64,000 bases of DNA from Clostridia bacterium (lineage in GTDB: Bacteria; Bacillota; Clostridia; TANB77; CAG-508): contig JAAWDR010000030.1 in the NCBI GenBank assembly GCA_022793875.1, forward strand, positions 2,869 through 66,868. Reading direction: 5' to 3'. The notes below the pieces were generated by a model. It was not told the origin of the DNA. It saw only the letters and a program-made list of their open reading frames with translations, and did no database searches. This document shows, piece by piece, positions 38,308 through 46,727 of the stretch. How positions within the stretch are numbered: position 1 is the first letter of the stretch; every line of letters starts with the position of its first letter. A program made the position numbers and the translations under genes.

Positions 38308-38934
38308 ATGAATACTTTATTACTAATATTTTTTGCTTTACCAATAGCAGTAATAATAATATCAATAGCATTACAGAAAATTTTCAGATGTCCATTTTTA
38401 GTAGCAGCAATTATATTTGCAATATTTTTAGTTGTAACATTTGCATTAGGAAATTTAGTATTTTTAGTTGCAACAATAGCATATACAATATTAGCATTTA
38501 TAACAGCAGTGATAACAAAAATAATATGTAGGATAATAGAGGAACTTGATAATAGAGAAAGTTGTGAATGTAGAAGAGAAGATTGTAGATGTAGGAGAAA
38601 AAGATGCAGAAGAGAGAGTTATAGATGTGAAAATAGTAATTGTAGAGATGATAATGATGTTCAATTATTATCTATAAATGGGGAATGTTCATGTAATAAC
38701 AGTAATAATAATGGGAATTTATTGACAATAAGTAGTAATGGTTGCAATGGAGTAGAAAATGAATTACTTACTATAAATACAAATTGTAATAGAAATAACA
38801 ATGATAATAATAACTCATGTTCTTGTAGATGTAATACGTCTAATGATGCAATTTCTGTTAGAGCTAATGTATTTCCAAATAACAATACTAATGGAAGAAG
38901 TGGAAATTTTTGCGGGTGTTTTAGAAGGAGATAA
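38308..38934 (+). CDS. membrane-anchored Cys/Arg/Asn-rich repeat protein
   Basis: ATG after GAAGGGAG. Two to three TM helices, then CECRREDCRCRRKRCRRESYRCENSNC and three LL(S/T)I..N.C repeats. No recognisable family. Confidence 0.5.
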   Translation: MNTLLLIFFALPIAVIIISIALQKIFRCPFLVAAIIFAIFLVVTFALGNLVFLVATIAYTILAFITAVITKIICRIIEELDNRESCECRREDCRCRRKRCRRESYRCENSNCRDDNDVQLLSINGECSCNNSNNNGNLLTISSNGCNGVENELLTINTNCNRNNNDNNNSCSCRCNTSNDAISVRANVFPNNNTNGRSGNFCGCFRRR

Positions 38935-38991
38935 ATCTCTTTCTTTTTTTTGATTTTGCTTGCATATTTTTTGGTTTTATGTTAAACTAAA

Positions 38992-39105
38992 GAGACAAGT
39001 GGGACAGTCCAAATTTGTCTCACTTAGAGTGTCTAAAAAAATAGAAAAATGTCGAATAAACAAAAAGTGAGACAAATTTGGACTGTCCCAACTGTCTCAA
39101 AGGAG
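38992..39105. repeat. Rep-3 inverted pair (GAGACAAATTTGGACTGTCCCAACTGTCTCAAAGGAG units)
   Basis: Left unit 38992-39023 is the reverse complement of the right unit 39068-39099. A third unit lies at 53270-53307. The right unit runs into the RBS of the 39114 gene. Confidence 0.8.
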
Positions 39106-39113
39106 AGAAAATT

Positions 39114-39980
39114 ATGTTAGAAATTATTGAAGATACATTAATGGATGCAGTAAAATTACTTCCATTTTTATTTATTACATACTTGATAATGGAATATATA
39201 GAACACAAAATGGGAGAAAAATCAAAAAATATGATAAGAAAATCAGGAAAAGCAGGACCAATAATAGGAAGCATATTAGGAATATTTCCACAATGTGGAT
39301 TTTCTGTATCAGCAACAAACCTTTATGCTGGACGAGTTATAACATTAGGAACATTAATTGCAGTATATTTGTCAACATCAGATGAGATGTTACCAATATT
39401 TATATCAGAGGCAGTTTCACCAATAATAATATTAAAAATATTAGGAATAAAGTTAATAATTGGTATAATTGCTGGAATAATAATAGATTTAGTAATGCAA
39501 TTATTTACTAGTAAAAATAAATTAGAAAAAGAAGAAAATGAAATAGAACATATATGTGAAGAAGAACATTGTCATTGTAATGAGAAAGGGATAATAAAAT
39601 CAGCTATTTTTCATACTTTGAATATATTGGTATTTATTATATTAATTACATTTGTAATTAATATTGTTGTACATTTTATAGGAGAAGAAGTAATTGCAAG
39701 TTGGATATTAAATAAACCAGTGATGGGTCCAATGATTTCTTCATTAATAGGATTGATTCCAAATTGTGCAGCATCTGTTATTATTACAAATATGTATTTG
39801 GAAAATGTTATTTCACTTGGAAGTTTGATATCTGGTCTATTAACAGGTGCAGGAGTTGGACTAGCTGTATTGTTTAAAACAAATAATAAATTAAAAGAAA
39901 ATCTAGGTATAGTGGTTTTGCTATATACAATTGGTGTTATATCTGGAATTATAGTAGAATTAATAGGAATTACAATATAA
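39114..39980 (+). CDS. putative metal/permease membrane protein (ArsP_2/DUF2899-like, 10 TM)
   Basis: MLEIIEDTLMDAVKLLPFLFITYLIMEYIEH...PQCGFS...IPNCAASV. Family recognised from memory. Confidence 0.65.
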   Translation: MLEIIEDTLMDAVKLLPFLFITYLIMEYIEHKMGEKSKNMIRKSGKAGPIIGSILGIFPQCGFSVSATNLYAGRVITLGTLIAVYLSTSDEMLPIFISEAVSPIIILKILGIKLIIGIIAGIIIDLVMQLFTSKNKLEKEENEIEHICEEEHCHCNEKGIIKSAIFHTLNILVFIILITFVINIVVHFIGEEVIASWILNKPVMGPMISSLIGLIPNCAASVIITNMYLENVISLGSLISGLLTGAGVGLAVLFKTNNKLKENLGIVVLLYTIGVISGIIVELIGITI

Positions 39981-39985
39981 AAAAA

Positions 39986-40061
39986 GGGGATTAAGGGGAC
40001 GGGTCTTCAAATCCCTCTTTAACTAAAAGAGGGATTTGAAGACCCGTCCCCTTAATCCCTC
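39986..40061. terminator. ~33-bp perfect hairpin between convergent genes
   Basis: GGGGATTAAGGGGACGGGTCTTCAAATCCCTCTT / AAGAGGGATTTGAAGACCCGTCCCCTTAATCCC, flanked by an A-run and a T-run. Contains GGGAC/GTCCC. Confidence 0.8.
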
Positions 40062-40069
40062 TTTTTAAT

Positions 40070-42352
40070 TTATTGATTCAAATTATTTCTTCCTTTTAAA
40101 TCAACAATTATAGAATCACCATTATCAAAGAAAGTATTTGAACTTGTTGTATTTGTTTGATTTATATTTCTTTGAAGTAATTCATTATTATAATTATTAT
40201 GACTTGTAAAAGAATTTGTATATTTTTCAAAATCAAATGTTTTTGTTTTCTTAGGTTCTTTATATTTTGAATCTAAGTAATTAAGTTTTCCTTCACCAAC
40301 CATTAATCTACCACCAATATCCCTAATTTTAAATGTACAGTTTCTTTGAGATAAAGTTTGAAGTTTTCCAGGCTTAAAGTAAGGTACAAATTTCCATTCA
40401 ACATTACCATGTTTTGAATCATATTTCATCTTATCAAAATCAATAGTATTACCAAATGTCCACTCTCTTCTTGTACCAAATTCTTGACTCCACCATTCTA
40501 ATTCTTGAATTGTAGCTCCACCCATAAATATTTTACTAGCACAGTTTGATAAAATAGTCTGTTTAAAGTTTTGCTTAGAGTTAGCAGGTTCTAATTGTTC
40601 AAGGTTTTGAGCAGAAATTGTAGTACCGATTTTATATTTTCTATACATTGTAAATATTGGTTCTGTTGCTTTACAAATGAAATCAGGAAATTCGTCTATG
40701 TATAAGAAGTTTGGAACTCTAGAATTTTCATTTCCAGGTCTTCTTAAAACTGCATTTTGCATTGAAATTAAGAAGAATAATCCAAATGCTTTATGGCTAG
40801 AAGCACCTAAATCTCCACGTCTTGTACATACAAAAGTAATATCAGCATTTGCAAGCATGTTATCAAAGTTTATATTATTGTTTCTATTGCATAGTATTGT
40901 TTTTACTCCAGGTAATCTTAATAGTCTGTCTAGTTGACTAATTGCAACATCTATATATTTTTCAGTAGTTTCTTTTCCTGAACCATTTTTATAAAAGTTC
41001 TTTTTAAAATATGCTAATTGTACATTGTATTTTTCTTTTAGTTCTTCATTATGAGCTAAAATTTCACACATTTTTTCAACTAATTCAAAGTTTGTGAACA
41101 TTTTTAACATATCTTCTAGATTAGGTAACTTTCCATCATTCATTCTAGGATACATTTCTTTAAGTAATATAGCAACATTTTCAATTGCTTGAATTACAAC
41201 TGATTCTCTATAGGCTTCTTCTGATTCATTATTAGATATATCAAACATTGTTTTTAATACAGAAGATATTGTAATTGCTATTTTATTTGAATCATCATAA
41301 ACAAAAGGATTTAGTCCAATAGAGTTACTATCTGATGGATCTATAATATTATAAGATAATCCAAAGTTTTTACAAACATTTATCATATGGTCTGAGATTT
41401 CTCTGTCAGGTGATAACACTGTTATACCACAATTTTTATAAGTAATTCCTCCTGAAGTATCTAATATCATTTTTTTCATATATCCTTTATAAACATCTTC
41501 ACTACCATAAGTTGGTGATAACATGTTTAAATTAAAGTTGTTATTTAAATATTCATTGTCATAAGGAGCATTTAATACAGCAATTCCAGTTTTTAAAGCT
41601 GTAAATCCCATTTCTTTTGAAACTTCTCTAAAGAAGAATTTTCTATCTAAATCTCTGGCTATTAATGGTTCATAAATTAGTGATGTTTTACCAGAACCAG
41701 AACCACCACATACAAACATTGATTGGTATCTAGATTCTTCTGGAATTATTATAGATTTTGCTGTTTCAAAGTCTTGGCATAAGTAAACTTCGCAAGTATA
41801 TGGACCATGACCTTTTGATTTATCTGATAAATCTATACCACCATAATCCCAAATAGAACGAACCATGTCTTTAGTATCATTAACACCAAAATATAAAAAT
41901 TTGAATATTTTTGGTATTATGAAAGCTGGAAATAGTATTGTTAATGATGTTAAAGCAGGTCTTACTAATTCTGAGAAGTCAGTAATTAAATCTACATATC
42001 CAGGGTTAAATATTAATAATAACCATACCCCTAAATTAAGCCATTGTGTAAACATTGATATTGCGATAACACTTAATCCAATTACAAAAGTATAAAAGAG
42101 TGCGACTTTTGTGGTTCTTGTTTTTGCAAATTCAGATGGGCCTGAAAATAAAAATGCAAATACTGGACAAGCAAGTGCAAATGTATATTTTAAAGGTCCC
42201 CAATATGAGTATGATATTCCTGTGAATAACATTAATAAAATTTCTACTATTCTATCAACAGCAAAATATATTGTTAATAGAGTTAATATATATGTTGCAA
42301 AGGTATTTCTAGTAGTACCTAGCTTTTTTAAAAAATTATCTATTATTTTCAT
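40070..42352 (-). CDS. VirD4/TraG/TraD-like type IV coupling-protein-family ATPase (orphan)
   Basis: N-terminal TM helices, Walker A FVCGGSGSGKTS, Walker-B-like NFLYIDEFPDF, SAQNLEQL, SNCASKIFMGG. No relaxase or T4SS genes adjacent. Confidence 0.75.
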   Translation of the reverse strand: MKIIDNFLKKLGTTRNTFATYILTLLTIYFAVDRIVEILLMLFTGISYSYWGPLKYTFALACPVFAFLFSGPSEFAKTRTTKVALFYTFVIGLSVIAISMFTQWLNLGVWLLLIFNPGYVDLITDFSELVRPALTSLTILFPAFIIPKIFKFLYFGVNDTKDMVRSIWDYGGIDLSDKSKGHGPYTCEVYLCQDFETAKSIIIPEESRYQSMFVCGGSGSGKTSLIYEPLIARDLDRKFFFREVSKEMGFTALKTGIAVLNAPYDNEYLNNNFNLNMLSPTYGSEDVYKGYMKKMILDTSGGITYKNCGITVLSPDREISDHMINVCKNFGLSYNIIDPSDSNSIGLNPFVYDDSNKIAITISSVLKTMFDISNNESEEAYRESVVIQAIENVAILLKEMYPRMNDGKLPNLEDMLKMFTNFELVEKMCEILAHNEELKEKYNVQLAYFKKNFYKNGSGKETTEKYIDVAISQLDRLLRLPGVKTILCNRNNNINFDNMLANADITFVCTRRGDLGASSHKAFGLFFLISMQNAVLRRPGNENSRVPNFLYIDEFPDFICKATEPIFTMYRKYKIGTTISAQNLEQLEPANSKQNFKQTILSNCASKIFMGGATIQELEWWSQEFGTRREWTFGNTIDFDKMKYDSKHGNVEWKFVPYFKPGKLQTLSQRNCTFKIRDIGGRLMVGEGKLNYLDSKYKEPKKTKTFDFEKYTNSFTSHNNYNNELLQRNINQTNTTSSNTFFDNGDSIIVDLKGRNNLNQ

Positions 42353-42467
42353 TATTTATATGCCCCTTTTTAATTATCATATTTTTCTATAAAAATTTAT
42401 AATCATACATATATATATTATCCTACAAAATGGCGAAAAAAACAAGTATTTTTGCAAAAAAAGTTGC

Positions 42468-42526
42468 AAAATGTCCCATTGGGGACGTTTCTGTTTGGGA
42501 CAAAATGTCCCATTAGGGACACATTT
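42468..42526 (+). repeat. Rep-2 element, copy 2
   Basis: AAAATGTCCCATTGGGGACGTTTCTGTTTGGGACAAAATGTCCCATTAGGGACACATTT, in a divergent intergenic region. Confidence 0.85.
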
Positions 42527-42626
42527 ATTAAAATATTAAATAAACTACAAATTATAATAGTTTTTTTGAATAAATTTTCCAATAAAAACATATAATATTT
42601 AAAATTAGTTGAATGGAAGTGATATT

Positions 42627-42860
42627 ATGCAAGAAGAATATCAAAAAGAAGGAAAAGTAAAAGATATGAGTGAATTAGAAAGAGAAATAGAATTAATTAG
42701 AAATATTATAAAAACAAGAGAAGAATTAAAAGACAATAATAAAAATTTTGAATTTGCAGAAAATGACCTAGTTGACTACTATATTTACGAAATTAAAGCA
42801 AATCAGTCAAAATTAGATTATTTAATAAAACTAGCAAAAGCAAGTCGGAATAACAATTAG
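42627..42860 (+). CDS. DUF2508 (YaaL) family protein
   Basis: LVDYYIYEIKANQSKLDYLIKLAK matches the DUF2508 C-terminal signature. Sits next to bofA as in Bacillus (yaaL-bofA). Confidence 0.7.
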   Translation: MQEEYQKEGKVKDMSELEREIELIRNIIKTREELKDNNKNFEFAENDLVDYYIYEIKANQSKLDYLIKLAKASRNNN

Positions 42861-42970
42861 TATGATAAATCAAATAAAATATGAAAATTACGATGAAGAA
42901 ATAGGCTAGATGAATATTTGTCCATATTCAATCATAAAAATGTATAAAATAGATTTGAAAGAGGTTGAAT

Positions 42971-43231
42971 ATGGATACAAATTTACTTACGTATTTAGCA
43001 TGTATTTGCTTTTTATTTATTTTTGGAAAAGTTTTTATAGTTCCAATTAAAAAAATTTTGAAGTTAGTAATTAATTCAATTTTAGGTGGAGTTGCAATAT
43101 ATTTAATTAATTTAATAGGTGGGACGTTTGGATTTCATATAGGACTTAATATTTTTACAAGTGTTTTAATTGGATTATTGGGATTACCAGGGACTGTTTG
43201 TTTGGTAATTGTAAAATTATTTATAGGATAA
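42971..43231 (+). CDS. bofA: pro-sigma-K processing inhibitor BofA
   Basis: 86-aa two-TM protein. ...LVINSILGGVAIYLINLIGGTFGFHIGLN.FT..LIGLLGLPG is typical of BofA. Confidence 0.8.
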   Translation: MDTNLLTYLACICFLFIFGKVFIVPIKKILKLVINSILGGVAIYLINLIGGTFGFHIGLNIFTSVLIGLLGLPGTVCLVIVKLFIG

Positions 43232-43355
43232 TTAAGCATATTTTTATTTTGTTAACTTTTTTAGTATAATTTTATATTTTTATTGCAATAATTAACATAA
43301 GATGTTATACTTGAAAAGTAACTAAATAGTTTAGCAGAAAGTGGAGGAAAACAGT

Positions 43356-43631
43356 ATGGATAATCGGCAGAAAGAAAATAGTGTAACAGCATCATACATG
43401 AGAAAATCAAAGAGCTGGATATTTGAAGTTTGTGATAGCAATAACAAACTAATAGACATTAAATATATTAAAACATTCAAATTAGATTTCTCAGGTAAAT
43501 TATTCAAATCATATGTAGAAATGTTATCAAAAAATTTTGAAAAAGATGGAATTACGCAAAAGCAGATTGAAGAAGCTATATTAAAAGAAGCAAAAGAATG
43601 TAATATTAAACCTCCCAAATATTTGAGATAA
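43356..43631 (+). CDS. hypothetical protein
   Basis: ATG after a GGAGGAAAA RBS. No recognisable family. Confidence 0.4.
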   Translation: MDNRQKENSVTASYMRKSKSWIFEVCDSNNKLIDIKYIKTFKLDFSGKLFKSYVEMLSKNFEKDGITQKQIEEAILKEAKECNIKPPKYLR

Positions 43632-43643
43632 GTATTAAGATTA

Positions 43644-43678
43644 ATAAACCTTAGTAGTGCTTTACTACTAAGGTTTAT
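43644..43678. terminator. bidirectional terminator (15-bp perfect stem)
   Basis: ATAAACCTTAGTAGT-GCTTT-ACTACTAAGGTTTAT, between convergent genes. Confidence 0.75.
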
Positions 43679-43682
43679 GCTT

Positions 43683-45524
43683 TTATTCTACAGTAACAGA
43701 TTTAGCTAAATTTCTAGGTTTATCAACATCTAATCCCTTTTCTTTTGAGATATAATAAGCCAGTAATTGAAGAGGAATAATTGATAATATTGGAGATACA
43801 AATTGATTAGTATCTGGAATATTAATAACAACATTAAACATGTCATTATCTAGCTTTTGATTTGTTATAACTAAAGTTTTTGCACCACGAGTAATAACTT
43901 CTTGAATATTACTAATAGTTTTCTTTATTAAATCTTTATCTGTTAAGATACTAATAACAGTAATTCCATTTTCAATTAAAGCAATAGGACCATGTTTTAA
44001 TTCGCCAGCTGCATAGCTTTCAGAGTGAATATAAGAAATTTCTTTTAGTTTTAAAGAACCTTCTTTACTTACAGTTTCATCAATTCCTCGACCTAAGAAG
44101 AATATATCTTTTTCTTGATAAATTTGTTTAGCAAAATTTTTTATTTGATTATTGCATGTTAATGTCTCTTCAATTTTTTTAGGCAAATCTAAAATATCAC
44201 TTTTTAGTTTATTTAGAATATCTTTATCTTTTTTCTCCAAAACTTCAGCAAAATATATAGCTAAAATATTAATTAATATAACTTGAGAAGTATAAGCTTT
44301 GGTTGAGGCTACAGCTATTTCTGGTCCAGCATGTGTATAAATAGAGTAATCTGCTTCTCTAGTTATAGAGCTTCCAATAACATTAGTAATTGCAATTGTT
44401 TTAGAGCCTTGTTCTTTTGAAAGTTTTAATGCTGCAATAGTGTCAGCTGTTTCTCCAGATTGAGAGATAAAAATGCATAAAGTTTTTTCATCTAATATAG
44501 GATTTCTATATCTGAATTCTGATGCAATATCTACTTCAACAGGAATTCTACAAAGTTTTTCAATTGTATTTTTTCCACTTAATCCAGCATGCATTGCTGT
44601 ACCACATGCAACTATATAAATTTTGTTTAAATTTTGTAAATATTCTTTTGTTAAGTTAAGTTCTTCAAATTCACATTTGGAATTTAAATTAATTCTAGAA
44701 CCTATAGTTTCTCTAATTGCTTTAGGTTGTTCATAAATTTCCTTAAGCATGAAATCATCATATCCATCTTTTTCAGCACTTGAAGAATTCCATTCAATAT
44801 TTTGAACTTTTTTATTAATTTTATCTAAATTTTTATCAAAAAACTCAATATTATTTCTTGTTAATAATGCAAATTCAAAATCATTTAGAAGATAGAAATT
44901 TCTAGTATAAGAAAGTATAGCTGGTATATCAGAAGATAAATATTTTTCATCTTCGCATGTACCAATAACTAAAGGACTATCTTTTCTTACAACAATCATG
45001 TTATCAGTGTAAAGAGATGAAATTACTTCTATTGCAAAACTTCCTTTTAAATCCATACAAGCATTTTTTACAGCTCTTAGATATTTTTGTTTGTCATTTT
45101 TTTCGTCTTTTGTAAAATAGTAGTGTATCAAATTTGGTATAACTTCTGTATCTGTTTGAGAATAAAAGGTATAACCATTTTCAGTTAAAAATTTTCTTAA
45201 TTCATTGTAATTTTCAATAATTCCATTATGTACTACACTAAAAGTTTTTGAATTATCTTGATGCGGATGTGAATTTTCTTTTGAAGGTACTCCATGAGTT
45301 GCCCATCTTGTATGTGCAATACCTATTGTTCCTTCTAATTCATTAATTCCATCTAAATTTGATAAATTTTTTACTCTTCCTTTATCTTTCATTAAAGATA
45401 AGCCTTTTTTTTCTATTGTTGAAATTCCAGCTGAGTCATATCCTCTGTATTCCAATCTATTTAAACCTGCCAAAAGTATAGGGCAAGCTTTTTTTGTTCC
45501 TATGTAACCTACAATTCCACACAT
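43683..45524 (-). CDS. glmS: glutamine--fructose-6-phosphate aminotransferase
   Basis: MCGIVGYIG N-terminal nucleophile, two SIS domains, C-terminal KPRNLAKSVTVE. Confidence 0.97.
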   Translation of the reverse strand: MCGIVGYIGTKKACPILLAGLNRLEYRGYDSAGISTIEKKGLSLMKDKGRVKNLSNLDGINELEGTIGIAHTRWATHGVPSKENSHPHQDNSKTFSVVHNGIIENYNELRKFLTENGYTFYSQTDTEVIPNLIHYYFTKDEKNDKQKYLRAVKNACMDLKGSFAIEVISSLYTDNMIVVRKDSPLVIGTCEDEKYLSSDIPAILSYTRNFYLLNDFEFALLTRNNIEFFDKNLDKINKKVQNIEWNSSSAEKDGYDDFMLKEIYEQPKAIRETIGSRINLNSKCEFEELNLTKEYLQNLNKIYIVACGTAMHAGLSGKNTIEKLCRIPVEVDIASEFRYRNPILDEKTLCIFISQSGETADTIAALKLSKEQGSKTIAITNVIGSSITREADYSIYTHAGPEIAVASTKAYTSQVILINILAIYFAEVLEKKDKDILNKLKSDILDLPKKIEETLTCNNQIKNFAKQIYQEKDIFFLGRGIDETVSKEGSLKLKEISYIHSESYAAGELKHGPIALIENGITVISILTDKDLIKKTISNIQEVITRGAKTLVITNQKLDNDMFNVVINIPDTNQFVSPILSIIPLQLLAYYISKEKGLDVDKPRNLAKSVTVE

Positions 45525-45544
45525 AGTTAATCCTCCTTGATTTT

Positions 45545-45712
45545 AATAAATATTGAGAATTGAAAGTTTGCAATACTTAATTTATTAATTTTTGTTCTAA
45601 TATTTCTATTAGTTTTTAATTAATAATAATGACTTTAAGTGTAGCCACTAGAGAATCCGCCGAATATTTCGATATCTCTAGACCTCGTCAACCAATATGG
45701 TCCTGGCGCTTA
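45545..45712 (-). ncRNA. glmS ribozyme: glmS ribozyme/riboswitch
   Basis: Minus strand reads A|GCGCCAGGAC...GACGAGG..AUAUCGAAAUAUUCGGCGGAU..GGCU, matching the conserved glmS core directly upstream of glmS. The 3' boundary is approximate. Confidence 0.8.
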
Positions 45713-45934
45713 TTATTTTTTTGACTCCTTTCTTAAATAATAATATAAATGCAACTTTCATAATATAATTGTTTTCATAAATAAAATTCTTATTTCAACA
45801 ATTATATTTTATTATATTACTACATATATAAATTTTGTGCAAGTCTAATTTACACTTACACAAAGATGTTGATTTTGTTAGCTAAAATAGTGTATAATGT
45901 AAGTATAGATTATATTTAAGAAAGGAAATAAAAG

Positions 45935-46447
45935 ATGGGAAATATGAATGTATTAATAAACAAAGCAAGAATAGAAAAAAGATTAGACGAAATGGCAAAA
46001 GAAATTGAAAAAGACTATGAAGGAAAAGATATAGTATTTTTAGGAATATTAAAGGGTTCAGTACCATTTATGTGGGAATTGGCAAAAAGAATAAAAAACA
46101 ATGTAATATTTGAGTTTATAGAATTATCAAGTTATAAAGATAATAAAGACACAGGAGTATTAACATTTCATAAAGATATAAAAGATAGTATAGAAGGAAA
46201 AGATGTAATAATAATTGAAGATATAGTTGATACAGGTAAAACAATAAGTTATTTATTAAAACATCTAAAAGAGAAAAATCCAAATAGTGTTAAGGTGGCA
46301 ACTTTGCTAAGTAAGCCTTCTAAAAGGGTTATAGAACTTAATATTGATTATGAAGGTTTTAAAGTTGAAGATAAATTTGTTATAGGGTTTGGATTAGATG
46401 ATAATCAAAATTTGAGAAACTTGCCATATATTGGTTATATTGAATAA
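45935..46447 (+). CDS. hpt: hypoxanthine phosphoribosyltransferase
   Basis: LKGSVPFM..L......VIIIEDIVDTGKT PRPP-binding motif. 170 aa. Confidence 0.9.
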   Translation: MGNMNVLINKARIEKRLDEMAKEIEKDYEGKDIVFLGILKGSVPFMWELAKRIKNNVIFEFIELSSYKDNKDTGVLTFHKDIKDSIEGKDVIIIEDIVDTGKTISYLLKHLKEKNPNSVKVATLLSKPSKRVIELNIDYEGFKVEDKFVIGFGLDDNQNLRNLPYIGYIE

Positions 46448-46727
46448 GTTTGTTATATTAACTATCTATAGTAGATTGTACCTCGGATAACCTACGGGCC
46501 CGAGGTCATTTTTTTTACATTAAGGAGAAGATATTTGAAAAAGTATTAAAACTGTACAGACAAAACATAGGTACAAATTTCATTAAAAATGTGGGAGCTA
46601 CAATATGTAGCTCCCATTAACTATTCGGAAACATATTGATTTCAATTACAAAAATAGTATATAATAATTATAGTAAAAGTAAGATATAAAAAATAAGTTT
46701 TAAATAATAAAATGAAGGGATATATAT

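Noticed and set aside
42840-42860. CGG near the end of the DUF2508 gene (and CGG at 43365 and 27572) as further +1 frameshift sites
   Set aside because: The 0-frame products already look complete, and the +1 frames hit stops or add meaningless tails. These in-frame CGGs count as evidence against CGG being unreadable.
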